Virus record (IMG/VR): IMGVR_UViG_3300019371_000141
Length of the DNA: 64,000 nucleotides
Strand: one strand, 5' to 3'
Source: an uncultured virus (IMG/VR IMGVR_UViG_3300019371_000141)
Lineage: Duplodnaviria; Heunggongvirae; Uroviricota; Caudoviricetes
How positions within the stretch are numbered: position 1 is the first letter of the stretch; every line of letters starts with the position of its first letter. Positions 46,914 through 55,987 of this stretch are shown here, in pieces. Both the position numbers and the translations under genes were made by a program. The notes under the pieces were generated by a model. It made no database searches, was not told the DNA's origin, and saw only the letters and a program-made list of their open reading frames with translations.

Positions 46914-49095
46914 GCATCTGACCCTCGGCAGTCTGTTCTCGGGCTCCGGGGGATTTGAGCTTGGCGGCATCATATCCGGCATCAAGCCTGTGTGGAATTC
47001 GGAAATCGAGCCCTTTGCGGTAAGGGTCACCACAAAGCGCCTGCCGGGTGTAAAGCACTACGGAGATGTATCTTCACTGAACGGCGCAGAACTTGAGCCT
47101 GTGGACATCATAACCTTCGGCAGTCCCTGTCAGGATATGAGTATCGCGGGAAAGAGAGCCGGGCTTGACGGTGAGCGCTCGGGACTGTTCCACGAGGCAA
47201 TAAGAATTATAAAAGAAATGAGGTGTAGGACGGATGGAAAATATCCGAGATACTGCGTCTGGGAAAATGTCCCCGGCGCATTCACAAGCAACAAGGGCGA
47301 GGACTTCAAAGCCGTCCTCGAGGCGGTCTGCCCCGTCAAAAGCGGTGAAACTGATCTACCTCGACCTGAGAAATGGCCGAGTGCAGGAGAGATCGTGGCA
47401 GATAATTTCTCAGTCGCATGGAGGGTTTTTGACGCTCAATACTGGGGTGTCCCCCAGCGTCGTTCAAGAATCTACCTTGTCGCAGATTTTGATGGTGGGA
47501 GTGCCGGAAAAATATTATTTGAGTCAGAAGGCGTGTCTGGGTATACTCCACAGGGCTTCCGCTCGTGGCAAGGTGCTGCCGGAAGTGCTGAAGAAAGCAC
47601 TGGAGCGACAGGCATCTGCTTAAATGATCAGGGCGGTGAAAGGATGGATGTGACGGATGGAGTGACAAGCACACTCCGTGCCGAAGCACATCATCCTCCT
47701 GTGGTGACAGAGGCGGCGGGCTTCTGTACCGAGCATTCCAAGGACAGCCGTGGAATAGGATACGAAGAAGAGACCGCACCGACTTTAAGAGCCGGAACGG
47801 TTCCTGCTGCTGTATATGAAAACCACGGACAGGATACCAGGTTCACAGGGCCGCTGGAGGTAGCTCCGACTGTACTTTCGACCTACGGCACGGGCGGAAA
47901 CAACCAGCCGTTTGTGGTTGAGGATAAGCCTAAGACATTTGATGTGCGCCTTACCTCCGAGGGTACAAGAAATGCTCGTTCAAATGTATATGAAACGGAT
48001 ACATCAAGAACTATAGATACCGGCGGCAATTCCCCGGACGCCAACCAGGGCGGTGTGGCGATATGCGAACCGAAATCATACGGCATCGGAAAACCTGCAT
48101 TCACAAGCGGTGAAAAGGCAGGTTTTAATTTTGCCGTAAATGAAGAAGTATCACCGACTTTGCAGGCATCGGGACCGGATGCTGTGGCGCAGCCTGAACA
48201 GAAGGCATACGGCATCTGTGGTAAATACAGCCACTCCATGATGAGTGACAATCCGAACAGTGGTTTTTATGAAGCGGATACTGCAAGGACTATAGATACT
48301 TCAAACCAGTGCCCCGCAAAGAATCAGGGCGGCGTTGTGGTTGTGGAAGGAAACGGAAGCAGACCTTCACATAAAGGTGACGGCTACTCTGAATCAGAAA
48401 CCATGTATACCTTAAATACCATAGAGCAGCACGCCGTTGCTTTTGCGGACACACACGCATCCCTTTCGGCAAATGACGGTCCCAAGGGGCCTTCAAGCCA
48501 GATGTTATCAAATCCCGAGGAGAACTTTGTATCCGAGGTGGCATACGGCATCGACAGGGCAAGCTACAACATGGGCAAAAATGCCAAGTTTGCTATGGTA
48601 ATCGAAGAGGAAGTCGAGCCTGCCATGGTGGCAAGAGGAGCCGGAGCGGTAGGTCAGCCTGTGTATCATTCAAGCAAGAATTCATATCACACGCATTTTT
48701 CTGACAGCGGTGCTACAGATACACTTGTGGCTACCGACTACAAGGATCCGCCGACGGTTATCGAGGAGCCTTACTACATTGTCAGAAGGCTCACCCCTAC
48801 GGAATGTGCAAGGCTGCAGGGATTTCCGGACTGGTGGTGCAGAGGGCTTGAAACAGAAAATCCTACGGATGAGGATATATCATTCTGGACAGAGGTGTTC
48901 GAGACACACAGAAAAGTGATGGGGACATCCTCAAAGCCGAAAACGAGAGCACAGATTGTAAAGTGGCTCAAGGATCCGCATTCGGACAGTGCGGAGTATA
49001 AGCTGTGGGGCAATGGGGTGTCACTGCCCATAGTTCATTATGTACTCGCGGGTATTGCATATTACTCGCAGGTAAAGGAGTTATATACTCCTTAG
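46894..49095 (+). CDS. Large DNA (cytosine-5)-methyltransferase with expanded variable region
   Basis: SLFSGSGG, GSPCQD, WENV, PQRRSR, RRLTPTECARLQGFPD, YKLWGNGV. Confidence 0.92.
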   Translation: MEKTQNKHLTLGSLFSGSGGFELGGIISGIKPVWNSEIEPFAVRVTTKRLPGVKHYGDVSSLNGAELEPVDIITFGSPCQDMSIAGKRAGLDGERSGLFHEAIRIIKEMRCRTDGKYPRYCVWENVPGAFTSNKGEDFKAVLEAVCPVKSGETDLPRPEKWPSAGEIVADNFSVAWRVFDAQYWGVPQRRSRIYLVADFDGGSAGKILFESEGVSGYTPQGFRSWQGAAGSAEESTGATGICLNDQGGERMDVTDGVTSTLRAEAHHPPVVTEAAGFCTEHSKDSRGIGYEEETAPTLRAGTVPAAVYENHGQDTRFTGPLEVAPTVLSTYGTGGNNQPFVVEDKPKTFDVRLTSEGTRNARSNVYETDTSRTIDTGGNSPDANQGGVAICEPKSYGIGKPAFTSGEKAGFNFAVNEEVSPTLQASGPDAVAQPEQKAYGICGKYSHSMMSDNPNSGFYEADTARTIDTSNQCPAKNQGGVVVVEGNGSRPSHKGDGYSESETMYTLNTIEQHAVAFADTHASLSANDGPKGPSSQMLSNPEENFVSEVAYGIDRASYNMGKNAKFAMVIEEEVEPAMVARGAGAVGQPVYHSSKNSYHTHFSDSGATDTLVATDYKDPPTVIEEPYYIVRRLTPTECARLQGFPDWWCRGLETENPTDEDISFWTEVFETHRKVMGTSSKPKTRAQIVKWLKDPHSDSAEYKLWGNGVSLPIVHYVLAGIAYYSQVKELYTP
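47234..47623 (+). CDS. Overprinted +1-frame ORF, putative methyltransferase beta-type subunit
   Basis: 129-aa ORF with LSQIL..VPEKYYLSQKAC.GILHRA..RGK.LP; resembles the in-frame segment DYLEHGVEDKYFLSEK of MTase M1. Confidence 0.6.
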   Translation: MENIRDTASGKMSPAHSQATRARTSKPSSRRSAPSKAVKLIYLDLRNGRVQERSWQIISQSHGGFLTLNTGVSPSVVQESTLSQILMVGVPEKYYLSQKACLGILHRASARGKVLPEVLKKALERQASA

Positions 49096-49110
49096 ATTAT
49101 GAGGAAAAAG

Positions 49111-49968
49111 ATGATGGCAAAAACAATAATGACTGCTGCGGAACTCACAGAAAAGGGCATCGCTGTATATAACGACCGCAAAAACTGGACGTATGTGCAG
49201 GGTGCCCTCGGACAGCTCGGCGAGTCTGACAGGGTGAGAGGGCTATATAAATATTTCTGGGATCAGCCGAACCATGCCGGCAACTCCATGACAATGGCAT
49301 ATGAGCCGTGGCTTAACCTCCATGGCAAAGGCCGCCGCTGTACCGACTGCAGCAATTTTATCAATTATCTGCTTGGGTACACTTTCAGTATGTATTCCAC
49401 AAAAGGATATGCTGCGATGCCTGCCTTCGAGGGAGATATAAAGGATGCCCCGGCAGGAACTGTGCTCTGCCTGTATGACGATAAGGGCGAATGCGGTCAT
49501 GTCGGCCTGAGCATCGGGAATGATGAGTTTATCGATTTCTATAAGTACAACGAGACCTGCAGAAAGGGAAAGATATCTGAATCCCTGTTCAGTAAGGCGG
49601 TGTATGTAACCGGCATCGACTACTCCAATAAGCAGGCAGAGAGCATGACTGTTCAGGTGAAAAATAAAGAACGCTTTGTTGGCGACGCTTTATCTGCGGA
49701 TGATTTTATCGTGACTGTAAAGAATAATGACGGCAGCACGGAAATCAACCCGGCAGGCTGGCAGTTTACACCGCTTAAGCTTACCAATACGGAAAACGTC
49801 ATAGCGATTGTTTACAAACAGCTGATCAGTTATGTGAGAGTGGAAGCATTACCTGCGGGCTCTTTCTGGTGTGTCCAGGTTCCGGCGAAGAACCTTGATG
49901 ATGCCCTCCGGATGCAGAAGGAGCTGACACTTGCAGGCTATTCAAACCCTGCTGTGATCGAGCTTTAA
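49111..49968 (+). CDS. NlpC/P60-like cell-wall peptidase with Ig-like and SPOR-like C-terminal regions
   Basis: WTYVQGA, TDCSNFI, GHVGLSIG catalytic pattern; FIVTVKNNDGS. Confidence 0.65.
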   Translation: MMAKTIMTAAELTEKGIAVYNDRKNWTYVQGALGQLGESDRVRGLYKYFWDQPNHAGNSMTMAYEPWLNLHGKGRRCTDCSNFINYLLGYTFSMYSTKGYAAMPAFEGDIKDAPAGTVLCLYDDKGECGHVGLSIGNDEFIDFYKYNETCRKGKISESLFSKAVYVTGIDYSNKQAESMTVQVKNKERFVGDALSADDFIVTVKNNDGSTEINPAGWQFTPLKLTNTENVIAIVYKQLISYVRVEALPAGSFWCVQVPAKNLDDALRMQKELTLAGYSNPAVIEL

Positions 49969-50106
49969 TGTAGAAAAATAACTGCAAACATTCTGATAAT
50001 TCTTGCACATATCCGTTGACTTTTCAGGGCTTCAGAGTGATATATGTACTACGCTCGAAACCACATGATCGGGCTCGGGTGAATAAGAAAATGGAGGTAC
50101 TTAAGC

Positions 50107-50826
50107 ATGAGGTACGAATTCAATGTCAGCGGAGAAAACAGAAAAGCACTGGTCAAGGCAATAGCAGACTTCACCGGGCAGAAGGCAAAGTACAACGGAG
50201 TTCCAAGCTGCTCTTACAGCATCGGAGAAATCACAGTAACAAAGGACGGGGCGCTGGAGTATGAGGGTGAGGAAGACCTCGCTGACCTGCTCAAAAACCT
50301 CGCCGATGCAGGCTTTGTAAGCGAACAGGAAGCCCCACAGTGCGCCGGAGAATTAACGGGCGGAAACAATACGGAAGAAGCTGATGTCGCCCGACAAAGC
50401 GAACCTGCCGCACTTACGGTGGAGATACCGCTCGATAAGGTCAAGGTCGGAAACCTCACCAATCTTCTGGATGCCAAGGGCGAGCTAATCAAGAAAGCGC
50501 TCGGCATCGCAGACCTTCCGATTGAAATATTGGAAGACCGTGTGGTCTTCCCCTGGTTTTCCGAAGCGGATCCCGAAAGCGTGAAAGCCTATACACATTT
50601 CATTTCCGCACTCTGCAAAATGAGCATGGATCAGCAGAGGATAACCGCCAAGGCAAAAGAGGTCGACAACGAGAAATACGCATTCCGCTGCTTTCTCCTT
50701 AGACTTGGTTTTATCGGCGCGGAGTATAAAGCAGAAAGAAAGGTGCTGCTGAAAAATCTCAGCGGTTCCTCAGCATTCAAAAGCGGACAGAAAAAGGAGG
50801 CAGAAGACAATGAGATTTCCGAGTAA
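50107..50826 (+). CDS. Phage 'virulence-related' conserved protein
   Basis: RKALVKAI...Y.GVPSCSYSIG; C-terminal NEKYAFRCFLLRLGFIG. Confidence 0.75.
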   Translation: MRYEFNVSGENRKALVKAIADFTGQKAKYNGVPSCSYSIGEITVTKDGALEYEGEEDLADLLKNLADAGFVSEQEAPQCAGELTGGNNTEEADVARQSEPAALTVEIPLDKVKVGNLTNLLDAKGELIKKALGIADLPIEILEDRVVFPWFSEADPESVKAYTHFISALCKMSMDQQRITAKAKEVDNEKYAFRCFLLRLGFIGAEYKAERKVLLKNLSGSSAFKSGQKKEAEDNEISE

Positions 50827-51034
50827 AGAAACAGTTGAAAGAGTGAGGGCGCAGTACCCTGTGGGTTGCAGAGTGATCTTAAGGCGCATGGATGATGTTC
50901 AGGCTCCGCCCATCGGAACCAAGGGAACCGTTACAGGCGTGGATGATACCGCAAGCCTTCTGGTCCGCTGGGACAACGGCTCCGGGCTGAATGTGGTGTA
51001 CGGCGAAGATTATGCCGAGAGAATAGAAGAATAA
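50810..51034 (+). CDS. DUF4314 protein
   Basis: YPVGCRVIL..MDD.QAPPIGTKGTV.GVDD...VRWDNGS.L..VYGED. Confidence 0.85.
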   Translation: MRFPSKETVERVRAQYPVGCRVILRRMDDVQAPPIGTKGTVTGVDDTASLLVRWDNGSGLNVVYGEDYAERIEE

Positions 51035-51200
51035 CCGCATAAAAACCACTGTATTTCTGCGGCTGATATACACAATTATCCCTTGAAAATAAGGGGAAAA
51101 GATCGTGTAGTAATCGTATTGCTATATGTGTTTAATAACGCTAATATGTACACACCGAAGGGGGAAAACCCTATAAAACAAGGCTACGGAGGTACATACC

Positions 51201-52151
51201 ATGAACGAAAGAACAAGAACCCAGATTGAAGAGATGAAGAACCAGACCATCGGCTGCGAGATAGAGATGAACCACATCCGCAGGGACAAAGCAGCGAAGA
51301 TTGCCGCCGAGTTTTTCGGAACAGGCAGATACGAAGACACCGCCCACAGGAACGGCTACTACAGCTGGAGCGCATGGGACGCACAGGGCAGAGAATGGAA
51401 GTTCCAGAGGGACGTCAGCATCGCGGGGCCGGATAGCGAAAAGTGCGAGATGGTCAGCCCGATCCTTACCTACGACGACATGGAGCTTCTGCAGGAGCTG
51501 GTAAGACGCCTTAGAAAAGCCGGGGCGGTCAGCCACGCAGGCATCGGCGCAGGAGTTCACATCCACATCGGAGCAAAGGGGCACACACCGCAGACCTTAA
51601 GGAACCTTGCAAACATCATGGCAAGCCACGAAAGCCTGATCGTTTCCGCCCTTAAGGTTGCCGACAGCAGAACGAACCGCTACTGTAAGACCATAGAGCC
51701 CGAGTTCGTAAGGCAGATAAACAGAAAGAAGCCCAAGACCATGAGCGCACTCGCAGACATCTGGTACAGAGCCAACGGCGCGGACTACGGCAGAAATCAG
51801 CACTACAACGACAGCCGCTACCACATCACCAACTACCACGCAGTCTTCACCAAGGGCACGATCGAGTTCAGATGCTTTGAATTTGAAAAGCCTGCGGACG
51901 GCAGAAGAAACGGACTTCACGCAGGACGCCTTAAGAGCTACATTCAGCTTTGCCTCGCACTCAGCCAGATGGCAAAGACAGTAAAGACCGCAAGCCCGAA
52001 GGAACAGCAGAAAGAAAATCCGAAATACGCGATGAGAACATGGCTCCTCCGCCTCGGCTTTATCGGAGATGAGTTTGCAACAGCGAGAGAAATACTTACA
52101 AAGAACCTTGACGGAGACACCGCCTTCAGACACGGAAGAGAAACCGCTTGA
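51201..52151 (+). CDS. Putative amidoligase (COOH-NH2 ligase family)
   Basis: GCEIEM, DVSI, CEMVSPIL, GVHIHIG, RYHITN, TIEFR. Confidence 0.88.
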   Translation: MNERTRTQIEEMKNQTIGCEIEMNHIRRDKAAKIAAEFFGTGRYEDTAHRNGYYSWSAWDAQGREWKFQRDVSIAGPDSEKCEMVSPILTYDDMELLQELVRRLRKAGAVSHAGIGAGVHIHIGAKGHTPQTLRNLANIMASHESLIVSALKVADSRTNRYCKTIEPEFVRQINRKKPKTMSALADIWYRANGADYGRNQHYNDSRYHITNYHAVFTKGTIEFRCFEFEKPADGRRNGLHAGRLKSYIQLCLALSQMAKTVKTASPKEQQKENPKYAMRTWLLRLGFIGDEFATAREILTKNLDGDTAFRHGRETA

Positions 52152-52230
52152 AGGGTTTAGGTGAAACGCCCCGCCCCGACCGCTCCGGCGGTCTTAAGGT
52201 GGTAGAAGGGCGCTTGACTTAAGCCTTTCA
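52149..52230 (+). other. Nested intergenic RNA stem-loop
   Basis: 14-bp outer stem with GU pairs, then CGCCC/GGGCG, CCGCC/GGTGG and GACCGC/GCGGTC. Confidence 0.55.
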
Positions 52231-52258
52231 GGAAAAAACAGAAAGGACGGTATACACC

Positions 52259-52726
52259 ATGGAAAAAAGATACTACATCGCCTACGGCAGCAACCTGAAC
52301 GTTCCGCAGATGAGAACGAGATGCCCCCATGCAACCATACTCGGCACGGCGGAGCTTAAAGGCTGGGAGCTTCTTTTCAAAGGCAGCAGGACGGGATCAT
52401 ATCTTACTATCGAAAGATGCAAGGACGGCAGAGTCCCCGTGGTCATCTGGGATGTTACCCCGGAGGATGAAAAAGCACTCGACCGCTACGAAGGTTTCCC
52501 TACATTCTACTACAAGCAGGACATAAAGCTGCAGTACAAGGGCATCAGAACAGGCAGGCGCAGAACCATTACAGCATTTGCCTACATTATGCACGAGGAA
52601 CGGCAGATCGGAATTCCGAGCAGCTTTTACATGAAGACCTGCCTTGAGGGGTACGAAACATTCTTCTTTGACAGGAAGATACTCCTTGCGGCTTACAGAA
52701 AATGTGCGGAGGTGTGCGGATCATGA
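52259..52726 (+). CDS. Gamma-glutamylcyclotransferase-family protein
   Basis: YIAYGSNLN..QM..RCP, ALDRYEG.P..Y. Confidence 0.9.
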   Translation: MEKRYYIAYGSNLNVPQMRTRCPHATILGTAELKGWELLFKGSRTGSYLTIERCKDGRVPVVIWDVTPEDEKALDRYEGFPTFYYKQDIKLQYKGIRTGRRRTITAFAYIMHEERQIGIPSSFYMKTCLEGYETFFFDRKILLAAYRKCAEVCGS

Positions 52727-52926
52727 AAGATAATACTACAAGAACAGCCATATGTCCGAGATGTGGACAGGAATACCATGGATATCCTGCACTTTCAAGG
52801 ACAGACAATGAAACAATGATATGTCCCGACTGCGGAACAAGAGAGGCACTTGAAAGCTTAGGGATATCTTCCGGGGAGCAGGATAAGATACTGGAGATCA
52901 TCCACGGGAGAATAAATCAGGAATAA
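52723..52926 (+). CDS. Small zinc-ribbon protein
   Basis: CPRCG...PALSR.DN...ICPDCGTREAL; ATGA overlap with the previous gene. Confidence 0.75.
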   Translation: MKDNTTRTAICPRCGQEYHGYPALSRTDNETMICPDCGTREALESLGISSGEQDKILEIIHGRINQE

Positions 52927-52960
52927 ATACAACTTGTAAATCGGAAATAAAAACAGCTGA

Positions 52961-52992
52961 AAGAGCGCATCCATAACGGGTGTGCTTTTTCT
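52961..52992 (+). terminator. Intrinsic terminator before terL
   Basis: AAGAGCGCATCC/GGGTGTGCTTTT stem plus T-tract. Confidence 0.55.
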
Positions 52993-53010
52993 TATGGGGG
53001 AAGTGATGAA

Positions 53011-54612
53011 TTGAGAAAACTTAAAAAGTACAAGCCGACAAAGTTTATGGCGAAGACCTCGCACTATGACAAAGAGGCCGCCGACTTTGCCGTTATGTTC
53101 ATAGAGAGCCTGTGCCATACCAAAGGCACATGGGCAGGCAAGCCTTTTGAGCTTATCGACTGGCAGGAACAGATAATCCGGGATATCTTCGGTGTGCTTA
53201 AACCGAACGGATACAGACAGTTCAATACGGCATATATCGAGATACCGAAGAAACAGGGTAAGAGCGAGCTTGCCGCAGCAGTGGCATTGCTTCTCCTCTG
53301 CGGTGACGGCGAGGAAAGAGCAGAGATCTATGGATGCGCCGCGGATCGTAACCAGGCAAAAATTGTGTTTGATGTATCTGTCGACATGATCAGGTTCTCG
53401 CCGGCACTCTCCAAAAGGGTCAAAATACTTGAGTCGCAGAAGAAGATAATATATCTCCCGACGAATTCTTTTTATCAGGTGCTATCCGCAGATGTGGCAA
53501 ACAAGCATGGTTTCAATACCCATGGCGTTATCTTTGATGAGCTTCACACCCAGCCGAACAGGAAACTATATGATGTTATGCTGCAGGGCTCAGGTGATGC
53601 CCGTATGCAGCCGCTATATTTTCTTATTACTACTGCCGGAAATGATACGAACAGTATCTGCTATGAGGTGCATCAGAAAGCACTGGATATTCAGGCCGGA
53701 AGAAAAATAGACCCGACATTTTATTCCGTTATATACGGAGCCGATGAAAGCGAGGACTGGACGGATCCGAAGGTTTGGAAGAAAGCGAACCCCTCGCTCG
53801 GTATCACGGTAGGCATCGATAAAGTAAAAGCTGCCTGTGAATCCGCAAAGCAGAATCCGGGAGAAGAGAACAGCTTCAGACAGCTTCGCTTAAATCAGTG
53901 GGTGAAGCAGTCAGTCAGATGGATGCCGATGGAGAAATGGGATAAATGCTCCTTTGCGGTTAACGAGGAGGAACTTGAAGGGCGCGTATGCTACGGCGGT
54001 TTGGACTTGTCATCAACCACGGATATAACGGCATTCGTGCTCGTGTTTCCGCCCCTTGACGAAGAGGATAAATACGTTGTCCTTCCTTACTTCTGGGTGC
54101 CGGAGGAAACACTCGACCTGCGAGTTAAAAGAGACCACGTTCCTTATGATCTCTGGGAGCGTCAGGGCAAAATGATGACCACCGAGGGAAATGTCGTCCA
54201 CTACGGTTTTATAGAGAAATTCATTGAACAGCTCGGTGATAAATACAACATCCGTGAGATCGCATTTGACCGGTGGGGTGCTGTGCAGATGGTGCAGAAC
54301 CTTGAGGGCATGGGCTTTACGGTCATTCCCTTTGGACAGGGTTTCAAAGATATGTCTCCTCCTACGAAGGAGCTTATGAAACTGGTGCTTGAAGAAAAGA
54401 TAGCCCACGGAGGACACCCGGTGCTCAGATGGATGATGGATAACATCTATATCCGTCAGGACCCGGCTGGAAATATAAAGGCGGATAAGGAGAAAAGTAC
54501 CGAAAAGATAGACGGTGCTATCGCAACGATAATGGCGCTTGACCGTGCGATACGATGCGGAAATGAATCAAGCGAGAGTGTGTATGACAGCAGAGGAATT
54601 CTGTTTATTTGA
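53011..54612 (+). CDS. Terminase large subunit
   Basis: WQEQII, IPKKQGKS, IFDELH, ITTAG, GGLDLS, KIDG. Confidence 0.95.
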   Translation: MRKLKKYKPTKFMAKTSHYDKEAADFAVMFIESLCHTKGTWAGKPFELIDWQEQIIRDIFGVLKPNGYRQFNTAYIEIPKKQGKSELAAAVALLLLCGDGEERAEIYGCAADRNQAKIVFDVSVDMIRFSPALSKRVKILESQKKIIYLPTNSFYQVLSADVANKHGFNTHGVIFDELHTQPNRKLYDVMLQGSGDARMQPLYFLITTAGNDTNSICYEVHQKALDIQAGRKIDPTFYSVIYGADESEDWTDPKVWKKANPSLGITVGIDKVKAACESAKQNPGEENSFRQLRLNQWVKQSVRWMPMEKWDKCSFAVNEEELEGRVCYGGLDLSSTTDITAFVLVFPPLDEEDKYVVLPYFWVPEETLDLRVKRDHVPYDLWERQGKMMTTEGNVVHYGFIEKFIEQLGDKYNIREIAFDRWGAVQMVQNLEGMGFTVIPFGQGFKDMSPPTKELMKLVLEEKIAHGGHPVLRWMMDNIYIRQDPAGNIKADKEKSTEKIDGAIATIMALDRAIRCGNESSESVYDSRGILFI

Positions 54613-54628
54613 AAGGAGCGTGATCAAT

Positions 54629-55987
54629 ATGAGTATATTCAGCGGACTTTTCAGGTCGAGAGACAAGCCCGTCAACAGCACCGCAGGATCAAGCTATACC
54701 TTCTACATGGGCGGGAGTTCATCCGGCAAAGCCGTAACGGAACGCAGTGCCATGCAGATGACAGCTGTATATGCCTGCGTGAGAATTTTGTCCGAGGCAA
54801 TAGCCGGACTCCCGCTTCATATGTACAGATACAAAGAAGACGGCGGCAAGGAGAAAGCCATTGACCATCCGCTGTATCTTTTGCTCCATGATGAGCCTAA
54901 TCCGGAGATGAGTTCGTTTGTGTTCAGGGAAACACTGATGACTCATCTTTTATTGTGGGGAAATGCCTATGCGCAGATAATCCGTAACGGCATCGGCGAG
55001 GTCGTAGCATTGTATCCTTTGATGCCTAACAAGATGACAGTCAGCCGTGATGAAAAAGGACAGCTTTATTACACCTATCAGAAATCTCAGGATGAACTGC
55101 CGAAGGATAATCAATTCACTGTTATTCTTCACCCATCGGATGTGCTTCATATTCCAGGGCTTGGCTTTGACGGACTGGTGGGATATTCTCCTATCGCCAT
55201 GGCTAAAAACGCTATCGGACTTGCCATCGCTACAGAGGAATACGGGGCGAAGTTCTTCGCCAACGGTGCTGCGCCTTCCGGTGTGCTGGAACATCCCGGA
55301 ACCATAAAGGATCCGTCAAGAGTCAGAGAAGCGTGGCAGTCACAGTTCGGCGGCTCGTCAAACAGCGGCAAGGTGGCAGTGCTTGAAGAGGGCATGAAAT
55401 ATACACCGATATCCATAAGCCCGGAGCAGGCACAGTTTCTGGAAACAAGAAAGTTCCAGATAAACGAGATAGCCCGTATTTTTCGTGTGCCGCCGCATAT
55501 GGTGGGCGACCTTGAGAAGAGTTCATTCAGCAATATCGAACAGCAGTCCCTTGAGTTTGTGAAGTATACCCTTGATCCCTGGGTGATCAGATGGGAGCAG
55601 TCTATACAGAGAACGCTCCTTAACCCGGAGGAGAAGAAAACATACTTTATAAAGTTCAATGTGGAAGGTCTTCTTCGCGGCGATTATCAGAGCCGCATGA
55701 ACGGCTATGCCATTGCAAGACAGAACGGCTGGATGTGTGCCAATGATATACGGGAACTTGAAAACCTCGACCGGATTCCTGCGGAGGAAGGCGGCGACCT
55801 GTTCCTTGTGAACGGAAATATGGTTTCCCTTGCCGATGCAGGCGCGGCCTACGGAAAGAGCGGCACAGGGGAAACAGAGAAAACACCGGAAAAGTCCGGT
55901 GATGAAAATAATGTAGAGGAGGAAGAAAATGAGTCAGAAGAAGTTCTGGGTGTGGAAAAACAGAGCAGACGAAGATTACGAAGATGA
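54629..55987 (+). CDS. Portal protein (HK97 family)
   Basis: AVYACVRILSE.IA.LP, LLLWGNAY, IARIFRVPP, SNIEQQ; AAGGAG RBS. Confidence 0.95.
   Translation: MSIFSGLFRSRDKPVNSTAGSSYTFYMGGSSSGKAVTERSAMQMTAVYACVRILSEAIAGLPLHMYRYKEDGGKEKAIDHPLYLLLHDEPNPEMSSFVFRETLMTHLLLWGNAYAQIIRNGIGEVVALYPLMPNKMTVSRDEKGQLYYTYQKSQDELPKDNQFTVILHPSDVLHIPGLGFDGLVGYSPIAMAKNAIGLAIATEEYGAKFFANGAAPSGVLEHPGTIKDPSRVREAWQSQFGGSSNSGKVAVLEEGMKYTPISISPEQAQFLETRKFQINEIARIFRVPPHMVGDLEKSSFSNIEQQSLEFVKYTLDPWVIRWEQSIQRTLLNPEEKKTYFIKFNVEGLLRGDYQSRMNGYAIARQNGWMCANDIRELENLDRIPAEEGGDLFLVNGNMVSLADAGAAYGKSGTGETEKTPEKSGDENNVEEEENESEEVLGVEKQSRRRLRR

Noticed and set aside
34056..54612. Introns or inteins in polymerase, primase or terminase; diversity-generating retroelement
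   Set aside because: The ORFs are uninterrupted and of ordinary length; no reverse transcriptase or template/variable repeat pair was seen.
55929..55987. 59-bp overlap between portal and Clp protease genes
   Set aside because: Overlap through a low-complexity portal tail is common in HK97-like head modules.
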